This document shows, piece by piece, positions 24,555-35,962 of a DNA stretch of 64,000 bases (positions within the stretch are counted from its first letter, which is position 1; each line of letters opens with the position of its first letter). This DNA is from Lophium mytilinum (lineage: Eukaryota): the NCBI GenBank assembly GCA_010093605.1, contig MU004185.1, positions 1,509,334 through 1,573,333 of the forward strand. Reading direction: 5' to 3'. The notes beneath the pieces were generated by a model that saw only the letters and a program-made list of their open reading frames with translations, was not told the origin of the DNA and ran no database searches. Position numbers and translations under genes: made by a program.

Positions 24555-27500
24555 CTACTTTGCCGTTGCGTTGGGACCGAAACCAAATTCACCAGACTTT
24601 GACCTGGCACCAAAAAGCCCTCCGCCAGACTTTGGCTGGGCAGAATTGCTACCGCTAGCTGTCGTACTGCTGGCACCGAAGAAACCTCCACCAGGCTTTG
24701 ACTGAACAGAGGGGCTATCACTACCCTTCGTATTGCCGGCCCCGAAAAGACTTCCAACCAGCTTCGGTTGTGGGGAATGACCACCGCTAGTCGTCGTGTT
24801 GTTGGTACTGCCTGATGTACCGAAAAGGCTACCTGGTGCCGTCTGGCTGGTTTCAGTTGAACTGAAGAGACTACCGCTGAATCCGCTAGTCGTCGTGCTG
24901 TTGGTGCTGCCTGGTGTACCGAAAAGACTGCTTGGTGTCTGACCGGTTTTGGTTGAATCGAAAAGACTACCACCGAAACCGCTAGGCGTCGTGTTGTTAG
25001 TACTGCCTGATGCACCGAAGAGACTGCTTGGTGCCGTCTGGCTGGTTTTGGTAGAACCGAAAAGACTACCGCCGAAACCACTAGTTGTACTCTTGCTAGC
25101 GTTGCTAAAGCTGCTACCAAGCATACTCAAGGGAATCTTCATGTCGCCAAATCCGCTGGTGCTAGAAGTGGTCTTTTGGGCAGGCCCAGAAGTGTCAGGG
25201 AGGCTGAAACTGGAAGGGTTTGAACCGAAGAGACTATTTCCAGTCTTAATAGCGGTACTCGCACCGAAGCCACCTGTCGTACTAAGCCCGATCGATGGCT
25301 GCGGAGAGTGTTTGGTAGGGGTTCTCGAACTAGATGTCTGGTTCTGCTCGCTTCGGGTCTGAATTGTAGTCTCTTTACTGAACCCGAACAAGTCCACACT
25401 AGCCGTAGACGAGAAAGGAGACTGAGATCGGGATGGGGTACCCGCGCCCAAAGGAGGCTCAACGCTTTTATCCTGAGCCTTGGAACCGGCTGGTGAAGTG
25501 GAAAAAATCGTTGGTAGGAGCTCGCGTAGTTGAGACTTAGTTTGAGTAGAACGCGATGCCCCGTGATCATGCATGCCTGTGTTAGAAAAAATCGAAGTCA
25601 GCATACTGCTACACCGAAGGCTCGTTACATCCATGTTATAAGCATCACAAGAAAAGGAAAGTGGCTTACCGCGAGGCGTGAACTGTTTTATAGTTTCAAG
25701 GCCTGTTTCCAACAGCTCCAATCTTTTCCTTAACCGGGCTCTCTGCTCAATAGTCGCTCGAGACTCAGTAGCAATAGAGGCCAAGATCTCAACGTTCATA
25801 TTCCGTGCTACAGAGGAGGAGAAAACTTTCGGGAGCTCTGCAAGGAGACACTGTTCGATGCCTAATGACGCAACATTGTTCATAAATATCATCATAGCAG
25901 GCTGAAATAGAAGTTAGCTGGTGGTAAATTGAAGAGATCTTTGATTAATGAGGAGAGAGTGAGCTGGCAGAGCATTGAGAAGATGCTTACCTTATAGTAA
26001 GATTGCATCGCGTCTAAAAGCTTCTCATGACTATTGGATGAGTCACGGGTGGTACTGTTTGATGTACCGTCACCCGAATTTTCGCTTTCAACTCCCGGGA
26101 TACCAATAGAGAAGCTAGGGTCAAGGTTCATAGGTTCGTAGTCCTTATGAGGAAGAAGTAGTTCCTGGAGGTTCTTTTCAACCGCTCGACGTCGAACTTT
26201 CATGGCTGGATCGAAGACGTGGACTAGCAAATTGTTGGAGGTCGTCTCGTCGGTAATATGGTCAAGAAGCTCCTCAACAAAGCGGTTGATAGTCACCCAA
26301 ACTCTCTCAATATGGGCACTAGCAAGATCCTCCCAAGGCTCTATCTGTTGACGAAACAAGGATCCGATCAAGAGATGGTTGAAGGCTCCTGGCAACTCGT
26401 GACCCCGCTCACTTCGGACCAGGGGGACTACGATCTCCTGGATAAAATTGCTTCTACGATAAGCTTTACCTTGGAGGAGTTTTACGATAGGCGCTGGATC
26501 ATTTGTCAAATTGTCGGGTATAATGTACCATTTTTGGCCTTGCAGAAGCATCTCATTAGCAAATTCCTCGTTGAGGTTTTGAACCACAGCTCTCAGCTTC
26601 CTATGCTTTTCTTGAAAGAAGCTACTCCGACGATACGTTGCATCTAGTGCATCTCTCATATGCTCGGTGAAAGTTTCGCTGACATCGGAGAGAAAGTCAT
26701 GCTGCTCTTTTGGGGTTTCTCGCGACTTTCCGAGCCTCTTTAGAAGCCCTTCGCTCTCGTCACGGTCTTCATTGAGTTTGGCCAAGATAGACGGCATACT
26801 CTTGCGGATGTGGTCGAGAAGAATCTTGCTAAGCCGCTGTCGCAATGAGTCGATACCCAAACCAGTGTACTGAGTTGGTAAATTTGCCCAGCTACCATTC
26901 TCGAAGAAATCGTGTTCGGCCTGATCTCTTTGTTCAAACGTGCAGCTTTGCGTATCGGAGTCCCAATTTCGAACAACGTGCCAGCCATGCTCAAACTTGA
27001 TCTCAGTATTGCGGGCTAGACTCAGAAAATCCTGCTCTTTCTTCGACTCAGGATGCAGCGTATCCGGTTTAGTGATAATGCCGAGAACTCGGTCGCCTTG
27101 GGGGACGATAGCTTTCGTATATGTCAGGATGACTTGGTTGCTATAATCGTTGTTCGCGGCAACCACCGCGAGGATGATACTGTTACGTTGTTTCATATAT
27201 TTGCGGACGATGTTGGAGACTATTTGTACTTCTTGCTCGTTGTTGCGAAAATGTATGATGCCAGGGAGATCGACGATGGTCAAAGGCGCAAGATCGGGGC
27301 CATTAATCTCGACTTGGAGTATATCGTCGAAGAAAGTCTCCGACTTCTCGTGGTCGATGCCCTTCATGCAGGCCCTTGCCGTTTCGATTAGCTGAGGGAA
27401 ATGGTCTGGCGATTGGAAAGACTCCTTGAATTGGCTCAAGCGTTGTTTGTCCTCATCGGACCGGGACGGCCCAGGCTTGATTTTAGTACTGATGCGTGTA

Positions 27501-27881
27501 GTGGTGCTTCGCCGCAGCTTCAACTCGGTCGCGAAAGTGGTACATAGGTTACTCCGCGTAGGAAAGCGAACCCTAGTCAGAGCTTCCAGAACCTAGATGC
27601 TGTCAGCACTTTTCTTTCAATTGACACAGAACTTCTACGCCGTACTGAGGATTTGCCTGAGCTCTGATCTTCAGCGGTAGTTAGCATGATTTAGGTAACG
27701 AGTAGGTAATCAAATAATTACCTCCACAGACGATGAGTTGTGGTAAGCCGTCCTCTCCTAGCAGTCGACCAACTCCTTGAGAGCGGAGCTGATCAATAAC
27801 ATCGAGTAATTGGGACTCGTCGGGCGAATGCAGCTGGTTCAGCGTAGTCTCAGAAGACCACTTGCTTGAAGGAACGCTCAT
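24555..27881 (-). CDS. Dynamin-like GTPase B with a C-terminal FG-repeat tail; exons 27881-27722, 27668-27646, 27592-25991, 25901-25670 and 25576-24555
   Basis: Spliced G1 LPQLIVCGDQSSGKSSVLE, G2 CTTFATE, G3 DLPG, G4 TKPD, GWHVVRN, RGHELPG and a GED-like helix, followed by an S/T/G-rich tail with about 15 FG dipeptides. All four introns are GT-AG with branch-like motifs. Confidence 0.88.
24781..25091 (-). repeat. Intragenic tandem repeat, three units of 99/96/99 nt (33/32/33 aa) encoding TTSGFGGSLFxSTKTxQTxPSSLFGxxGSTN
   Basis: The CTAG anchor recurs at 25081, 24982, 24886 and 24787, and the translated units align by eye. Confidence 0.9.
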
Positions 27882-28777
27882 GTTGAGTGTGTATCGTTAG
27901 CCGACCGATACCTGAGGCCCTTGCAGTGATTGTTGTCGCGTTGAGACAGGACCGATTTCGATAGTCTTAGTGGACAAGAAAAGGAGCAACGTGGCGTCGA
28001 AGGGTGACAGGCAACGTTCGCCCTTTTGAGACTGAATAAATAGGGTAGCGACATAAGCGCCGTCATTCATGTACCATGGTTGAGGCTGAGCAACAACCTG
28101 GGAGTAGACATGAGACCCCGGTTGCTGCACTTCCAAACTGGCGTTCTGGCTTACAGGGGAGTGTCGCCATACTCAGCTCTGCAACTGCGGCTTGCCGGAG
28201 ATGTGATGGCCATGGAACCATACATCATAGCCGCCTTGACAAGCTTCCGCAACCCTTCAGTAGGTAGGTCACGAGCATTCTGACTGCTCATGCATGACCG
28301 GGAACTAATAGAACCAGCGAAGGATACGCGCCAGGGCGTCGAGAGGGCGATCTGATGCATGAAATAGGGACATCTAGAAGCGCTGCTGTGCCACAATAAT
28401 GCAGGTTGGAAAGAGAACTTGCAGATTTTGACTGTTGAGGTTCAAGCGACTATATCACGTCGGGAAGGATCTTCCCCTGAGTGTCAGCTATATATAATGC
28501 CGAATTTGACCGTGACAGTGGATGTATGGGACGAGGAGGTGAGGTTGAAGGCGGAATCCGAAGCTGACCCCCACGCCGCCCCTTGGAAGGTGTGCCCAAG
28601 CGTCACGCTAGTCCAGAAACTTAATGGCCAAGTTTACGACTTCATCCCATATCAATGAGCAACATATTTACCGCAAAAGTTGGCAGTACATCGAACTGAA
28701 TGATGTGAATGTAGACTAAAGCTCTCGTATCATACATTTTCTCAATTCAAAAAGCAGGCTCCAATTCAAGCCCTCTC

Positions 28778-31016
28778 ATGCCTCCTGATCGCGGCAGGGC
28801 CTCCGTGGCCTGCACCGCTTGCCGAAAGCAGAAGACACGATGCTACGAAACGATTAACGGGAAAGCCTGTCTAAGGTGTGACAGGCTTCAGCAGCCTTGC
28901 TCTCTGGATGCGTTGGCTGGTAAGGGACATGATGCACGGAGATACGACCATCGGGACATGAGCACCGTGGACGAGGACGATAGGTAAGAGATCAGCTTCG
29001 AGCTGAGACGCTCGTCAGTTTCTTTGCCTTTGCGATTATTCGGTGCTCTCGGAGGTTATGTTTTGAAAGGTCACGAAGTTCTACCACTTGCTTCAAAATC
29101 AGCACGTGTCGGTACATTCCATCCAGTGGAGATACTCGTATCCACCCATCGAACTGTATCCCATACAATGATATGCCATCACAGTCCGAGCTCATGATTG
29201 CTGGCTGCTCTGCTGTATGATGAATTCGACTCATGCTTCGATAAGTAGCCTCGTTGCTCACGTCTAGATGAGTACCGTCAAATTACATCGAATGGCAATA
29301 GCTCAATTTACGTCATGACTTCTGCTAACTTCTTTCTGCAGAATAGGCCGTCTTGAACGCACCGTCGACTTCTTAGTCAAGCGTATAGAAGAGATATCCG
29401 AGCCTAGACAAGCGTCACCATCCGCTACATCGTCAATAGGACCCGTATCAGTTGACCCGGGCCTAACAGTTCCGCTAGAGGAGCCCTCTTCGGCCCCTCT
29501 TTTCGTGTTACGCGATGTTGCGGCCGAAGCTGGTGTTCAGGCGCCGCAAGATGAAATAGCCACGAACACGCTGAAGTTGAGGCTTAAAAGTCGCGACATT
29601 ATAGCGAGTGGATTACTTACGGGCCAAGACGCCTCGACATTACTTTCACTGTAATAGCTAGACATGGTCCAGAAAGTAGCTGACGACGCTAACCCTTCAC
29701 AGGTTCAATGAGCATTACGGACGCTGGGTATCATTCAATCCGTCAACCACTCCTGAGAGACTTCTTGCTGAAGTACGAGGTTCGCCTCTCCTCTTATCTG
29801 CCTGTTGCTTAATAGCAATCCGTCACACTACACAAGACCTCGCGTCCAGAATAGCCCCTCAACTTTTTCGGGAAGCGAAGGAGCTCTTATCCGCAGCTAT
29901 GCTAGCCGTCCCACAGCCCTTGGACTTCTTCCAAGCCTCATTGATTATGAGCATGTGGTCAACGACAATCTCTCAGATGCCGCTCAGCGTAGATAGCTGG
30001 TTGCTTAGTGGATTCGCACTCCAACACGCTCTTGCTACGAACTTGTTTCGGCCAGTCACAAACACGAGCGACCCGTCCGCCGCTAGGAAACGCGCTCTGG
30101 ATCGGCTTTGTATCTGGAATCATCTGTGCTTAGTCCATCTACAGTAAGACTAGAATGCCGTCATGATTGCCGGTACTAACAAATTCAGTTACTCTGTAGG
30201 CACCCGGCGAAAGGCTATGCTAGATCGCCAGCAGATTGATCGATGTCGCGGCGTTCTGGACTCCGATCATGCAACGAATTTTGAATCACGAATGGTGGGT
30301 GAGGTCCACCTCTACTGGATAATTTATGAGAGCTGTTTGGCTATTCCTGTGGATCTTCCGAAGACTCAAGCTGCGTTATGGAAATGGAAAGAAGATTGGA
30401 AATTCCTATTCGGTAAGTTTATGGTCAGATTTTTCGAGTCCCACTAATGCAACCAGATCAACCAAGGTCACAATTCATTCAGATGGGGTTCCATTTCGCA
30501 CAACTCATAATCTATGACCAGTCTCTCAAGACCCGCTCTGCTGCGGTACGAGAGTCATTAATCTCCGAAATGGTACGCCTATCGACCGCGATCATCAATC
30601 TTGCCATGGAAACCACAGATGATCGTACACGACACTTGACCGACCACATCTACCACATGATCGCCTTTGCTGCCGTAACCCTCTCTAGAATCATGCATCT
30701 TTACGAAAGTCAACTGCCCGCATCTTACAATCTCGTTGAACTCGATAATCTAGTGCTTTCCTTGGTCTCCTGGCTCCACTCCATTGGACTTCCGTGCCAC
30801 GTTGCGTACACCCTCGGCGATGTTGTCGCATCATTCCACAAGAAGCTCCGGCCGAATACACAGCTCAGCCCGACAAACTCGTACGAAGATGCAGATCCTT
30901 TCAGCCAAGAGGACTTTGCGTCTCTTTTCCCAGAGCTATTCGGTACTGAATCTTTTGAAGGAAGCATTGGCAATCTGTTGCCGGACTGGGGTCCGATTAG
31001 CTATCCCTCCAATTGA
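28778..31016 (+). CDS. Zn(II)2Cys6 transcription factor (PriB-like); multi-exon, with introns at about 28984-29341, 29651-29702, 30144-30188 and 30413-30456
   Basis: ACTACRKQKTRC...CLRCDRLQQPC cluster, followed by middle-homology-region fragments (DSWLLSGFALQH, RLCIWNHLCLVHL, RTRHLTDHIYHMI). Confidence 0.88.
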
Positions 31017-31356
31017 TTTGTCAAGAGACATTCCAGCTCGTGGCATCAATGCTCCCGTCTTTCTTGCCGCTATCAACCGTATCTCACTGCCTCCTCGAAA
31101 CCCCCAACCAGGCGCAAAGGAGTCCCCTTCGAGTAATTTGTACTCCCGCTGGGCACCCTCGGACGGTGCCTCAACGACTCAAATTCGACATTGTCTGAAG
31201 GGGAAGAGAACACATTACAGCACCAAACACGACTGAATAGGACGTCATGGAGACATATACAAGGCAGTATATTTGTTCAAATACCAATCTGAAGTCCTAC
31301 AACATCTTAAACTCCGAGCCGCAGCACCAAACTCCTAGAAATCAAGATCGAGCCCA

Positions 31357-33037
31357 TCATTTCCCGGTATACCTCTTCTCCAACCACCTGAAGAGAGGAA
31401 ATGCCAGACCCGAGAAAGCAGCCGTCAACTCATGCCCAATATTGGCACCTTTCTTCCCAATTAGACCAGCAATAGGTGCCTTGTACCAAGCAACCTTCAT
31501 GCCCATAGCGGCACCCAAGAAACCAAAGCAGAACGCAGCTATCGCTCCCCAGCCAAATGGTAGCAGTGCAGGCTTGTCCCAAGCATCGAAGTCATAACGG
31601 CTCCATCGATTCGCCCGAAAGATTATATGCTCCTCGGCTACGACGACGATGTGGATGATTGTCCAGTATCCGATGATGCTAAGGAATGTTTGGAGGGTGT
31701 CGTGGAAGTACTTGGCCGCGAAGCAACCGACTATGATAGCAGCAATGAAGCCGAAGGTCACCAGGATTATCCGTGGGATCCGAACGGCCCAAGGACCAAA
31801 ATTCTGGGCGTGCATGGCGAATGAGTAGTTGTTGGGTATATTGTTCTACGTCTAATTAGTTGTCTTTCATATCAAGGATGATGACATTTACTTACAGGGA
31901 TAGCGCTCAAGGCTGCTAAAACCATGAGGAACTTGCCAAAGCCGCCTGCAGGTTCAAGTGCCTTTTGAAGGGGGCCACCGACTCCAGCATCAAGATAAGC
32001 CAGTTTCCAGGATTTGTTCAGTTCGGTCCCACTGTACAGGGCTGCGCCTAGAGTTTGCACCAAGACCGTCGGGATGAGGATACCAGCATAAGTAGCGAAG
32101 AATATCTTGCTTCTAGGAGTATTGACCGGCATTCTGACGTTGTAGTCGGCTGCACAATTAACCCATGACACAGCAAAGGAGAAGACAACGGCCATGAATG
32201 ACAATGCGGAGGCCGCGCCGTTAGCTCCTGTGGGCGACTTGATGGCTGCACCGTGGAAGTTCTTCGCACCCGTTCCAGCTGCTACGCACCACACAATAGT
32301 TGGTGGGATCCAAAGGAAAGCATCTAGCCTATGGATCCACGTGATGCCGAGGGCACATATGAGCCAGACCGTCGTGCAAATGATAATCACGCCGGCCCAC
32401 GTGGGTACTTTGCCATCTGAGAGAGCGTATAGGCAAGATGCGCCGGATATGGAGTTGATTGCGTTCCAGCCGGTGGTGCTGACCATGGAGAAGACAACGA
32501 CGAGAAGGTTACCCCAGTATCCGAACGAGTATCGTCTGCGGATGTTAGACGTGATGGAACTAACATAAGAGCATAAGACTTACGAGAAGGTCGTCATTCT
32601 TAGACCTGATAGGCCAAAAGAGGCTGTCCACGCTGGCAACAAGCAGCTGAGCAAGTTGACAACAACAATGATCGCAAAGCAATCCCAGAACGCTAGGCCC
32701 ATAGATCCACCGACCATTCCCGTGCTCAATGTGGCAACGGCCATATTTGCGCTCAGCCTAGTCCGAGTCAGCTTTTAACACGTACTCTATAAAGGGCTTG
32801 CTCAGATACACACCAAAAAGTACAGGCGTTCCAGACTTTCGACGTGTTTGTCCGGCGATCTTCATCAGTAACGCGCTCGATACCTCCCGTTTCGACTGAC
32901 AGCTTCTTCAACCATCCACGAACCCCAGAGACGGTCTCACCCTTCTCAGGATTACCAACATTGGTATCGTAGCCAGCATCCGAAGCCGGCTTCGAATCGA
33001 TCTCCGAGTCAACTTTGAAGCTCTTAGTGGTTTCCAT
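31357..33037 (-). CDS. NCS1-family purine-cytosine permease (Fcy2/Tpn1-like), spliced
   Basis: VETGGIERV N-terminal motif, GWNAINSISG, VSWVNCAADYNVRMP, NNYSFAM, IIGYW...EEHIIFR and LFRWLEKRYTGK; many transmembrane segments. Confidence 0.92.
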
Positions 33038-33199
33038 CTTGTTGAGTTTTGATGCTGCAGAATCTGATGCTTGAGAGCATCCTCAGGGGGATTCCAGCTA
33101 CATTTTATCTCTCCTTCAAGCCACAACCAAGCTATTGCGTGATTCTCGGTGGTTTGCGTGGAGATTGCTCAAGGTGCAGGATATGGGCTAGCTCCTTAT

Positions 33200-33410
33200 C
33201 GCAACCGACCGGGCCTGACCGGCATGCCGTAGGTATGCCGCGGGACGATAGTTCGTGGGGGATCAGCCACCGAATCATAACCACTTCAGATGCTAATTGA
33301 TTTAGAGAAAAACTTCAAACGTTAAACATTCGCCATAATTCGCAAGCATTCTCGTATCAAACGTGATCAACGCGTTCGGAGTAGGCCGCAGACCGCGGAG
33401 AAGACGGCAG
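33200..33410. promoter_or_regulatory. Divergent promoter with candidate Zn2Cys6 CGG sites
   Basis: Palindrome CGGCATGCCG (33219-33228) and TTCGG-N6-CCG (33375-33388) lie between the permease and the arylsulfotransferase-like gene; a TATA-like run occurs at about 33450. Confidence 0.35.
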
Positions 33411-33579
33411 ATTTAGGAACCTCGAAGAAGGTAGAGAAGCCGTATAAGAATATATATATTCAGCAACAACAAGACTTGATCACTTCACAATCAAGTCACT
33501 TTCTACCGAAGCATCATCATACTTCAAATACACACTCTTCCCTCTTTCAGCTCAAATCTTCTCTATATCCTCATCCACC

Positions 33580-34713
33580 ATGGAACAAAGCTCCCTCGCT
33601 CGCCGCGGTCTCGGACTCCGTGGCGTCAACAACTCCAAGGTCTCCCCAGGCTACACTCTCTTTGCGCACCTCACATCCCCAGGCATCGTAAAGCTCATCA
33701 ATAACGCTGGTCACGTCGTCCACACCTGGAACCTCCCCTACCGACCTGGTCGTCACGCCCGTATCCTCAAGAATGGGAACCTCGCCTTCAACGGCGTACA
33801 CCCCGACGCCCCCCGCCTCTTCCCACTATGGCAGAAATACCGTGGCGGTGTCATGATGCAGGTTGACCCTTATGGGAAAGTCGTATCAGAGCACCGCGAC
33901 CCCCTCGCCCACCACGACCAGCACCACCTCGACGACGGCTCCATCCTGTACACGACCCTCGCCCCCTGTACCGCCGACGAAGCAGCAACCATCCCAGGGG
34001 GTATCCCGAAAACCGAAGCACCAGACGGCACCGTCTACGCGGACTGCATCAAACACGTCTCACCCACCGGCGAAGTCCTCTGGTCCTGGCGCGCAATCGA
34101 GCACCTCCCGCCCACCCTCTTCCCACTCCAGCCGCACTACACCCGCGACCACTGGCCGCTGATCAACAGCGTCTACCCGCTCGCCGACGGCAACATCCTC
34201 GCCTCCCTCCGCTCCGTCTCCGCCGTCATCATCATCTCCCGCGAGACAGGGGAGGTGATTTGGCATCTAGACTCGACCGTCGTCGCCCAACAGCACTGCG
34301 CCTCCGAACTCGCAAACGGCGATATCTTGATCTTCGATAACGGCACTTTCAGGCACGGCGAGAGTGCGACATACTCCCGTGTGGTCCAGGTCTCGCGCGC
34401 TACGAAGGAGATAGTCTGGGAGTACAGGGATCCGCATCCGATGACGTTTTTCACGCCCTTCATGGGGGGTGCGCAGAGGCTTGCTACTGGGAATACGTTG
34501 GTGACGGAGGCGGCGTTTGGACGCATCTTTGAGGTGACGCGGGAGGGGGAAATGGTGTGGGAGTACGTGGTACCGGATTTCGCGAGCTATAAGGGGCTGG
34601 GGGCGGAGGAAATTGAGGGCTATTTCGGGTATCCGGCGAATGCGGTGTTTCGGGCGTATAAGTATGCGCCGGAGGAGGTGCCTTGGTTGAAGGTTGATGA
34701 AGCGAAGCTGTAG
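33580..34713 (+). CDS. Arylsulfotransferase (ASST)-like beta-propeller protein, intronless, no signal peptide
   Basis: PGYTLF, GHVVHTW, HHD, GEVLWSW, INSV...DGNILASLR, QQH, LIFDNG, SRVVQV...IVWEY, AQRLATGNTLVTE and GRIFEVT...VWEY motifs. Confidence 0.8.
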   Translation: MEQSSLARRGLGLRGVNNSKVSPGYTLFAHLTSPGIVKLINNAGHVVHTWNLPYRPGRHARILKNGNLAFNGVHPDAPRLFPLWQKYRGGVMMQVDPYGKVVSEHRDPLAHHDQHHLDDGSILYTTLAPCTADEAATIPGGIPKTEAPDGTVYADCIKHVSPTGEVLWSWRAIEHLPPTLFPLQPHYTRDHWPLINSVYPLADGNILASLRSVSAVIIISRETGEVIWHLDSTVVAQQHCASELANGDILIFDNGTFRHGESATYSRVVQVSRATKEIVWEYRDPHPMTFFTPFMGGAQRLATGNTLVTEAAFGRIFEVTREGEMVWEYVVPDFASYKGLGAEEIEGYFGYPANAVFRAYKYAPEEVPWLKVDEAKL

Positions 34714-35343
34714 GGCTAGAAGGGAGACCAGTAGTAGAGGGAAGAGGGGAGAATGGCGTTCAGTAGCATTTCATTCGCTGGGGTATGGGGCATCTTTGTG
34801 TGGGAAACTCCTTGTAGAGATCTGGATTGTCTCGGGTATTGGCGTACAATGCGACTTCGGCCTATATCTAATTAGCAAATAGTCACAGACTCCACGTGAT
34901 TTATCTAGTTAGTGCGAGTTAGCATATTCTCTCTAGACCGCAAAAATCCCCCCTTCATTGGTATCCCAAACTCAAAGGCTAACTTACTTCCTATGTATAG
35001 CACGATTCTACTCCTATTCGAAAAGTTCCACGGCGGCACTACTCACATTCTACCCCTTTCTTTCATTCAACGCAAAGCCCGATGCAAAGAAGCTGCTATA
35101 AAGGGACTTTCGAGCACCATTTACCATATACAGCTAATCTAACAAACCTGATATCCATATGACCTCCTCATCCGAGACATAGTCTCATCAAGCTTTGTCA
35201 GAGGCCCTGTACCAATTAACATCAACAAACGCCTCCCAATGGCCTCATATATATAACTATGATTAGCTCCTTCGCAAAACGCCAACGCCAGGACGTTTGA
35301 CAGCCACTCTAGCATCAGAAAAGACATACCCCCAACATACACT

Positions 35344-35962
35344 ATGGTGCGACTCTTCGTCCAACGCCTCCTCGCGTTACTCTGGCGCTCTTTCATTGGC
35401 CAGAGGGGGCGCCTCACTCCCATACCCACCCACCGCCAGCCTACCAACACTCCTAATCCTTTGCCCACCTCGACCTCATGGGTTGTCGCGAGGCCCTTGA
35501 CGCAGTATGAAAGAGAGGTCCGACGTAGAGGCTACCCTATCGTTGGCACTACGCGCCTCGATGCGTACGTAGACACCCCAATTCCCCTTTTCTTACTCCA
35601 TGCTTACCCTCCGTCTCAGCGGAAACGAGCTGCAGAGACACGGCCACAACAGCGACAACACGCACCTCATCGTCTTCGGCTCACTGGAGATCAGAAACGA
35701 AAGTGTTGCAACGACGTACCGGCCAGGTGAGTGGGCGGACGTGCGAGCGGGGTCGTGCTACACCGGGAAAGCGGGAAAGGACGGATGCGTGTTCGTTGAG
35801 GGGCATCGGGGGCTGAGCCCTACGACTGCGAGGAGGTTCGAGAGGAGGGGGGAGTTGCGGAGAGCTGAAGCGGAGGAGCGGGGTGGGGTGAGAGATAACG
35901 GGACAGAGCGGCATAATTGCGGACCCCCGAGGGGGCATGATGGGAGATATAGAGGATATTAG
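35344..35962 (+). CDS. Small cupin-fold protein; exons 35344-35564 and 35620-35962
   Basis: A GTACGT...CAG intron joins two ORFs. HGHNSDNTHLIVFGSLEI...PGEWADVRAG...GKDGCVFVEG matches the pattern of small fungal cupins. Confidence 0.6.

Noticed and set aside
24555..25895. Stand-alone FG nucleoporin gene (446-aa ORF)
   Set aside because: Its first ~75 aa are the dynamin GED-like region, homologous to 10598-10820, and a canonical intron (25990-25902) joins it to the GTPase exon.
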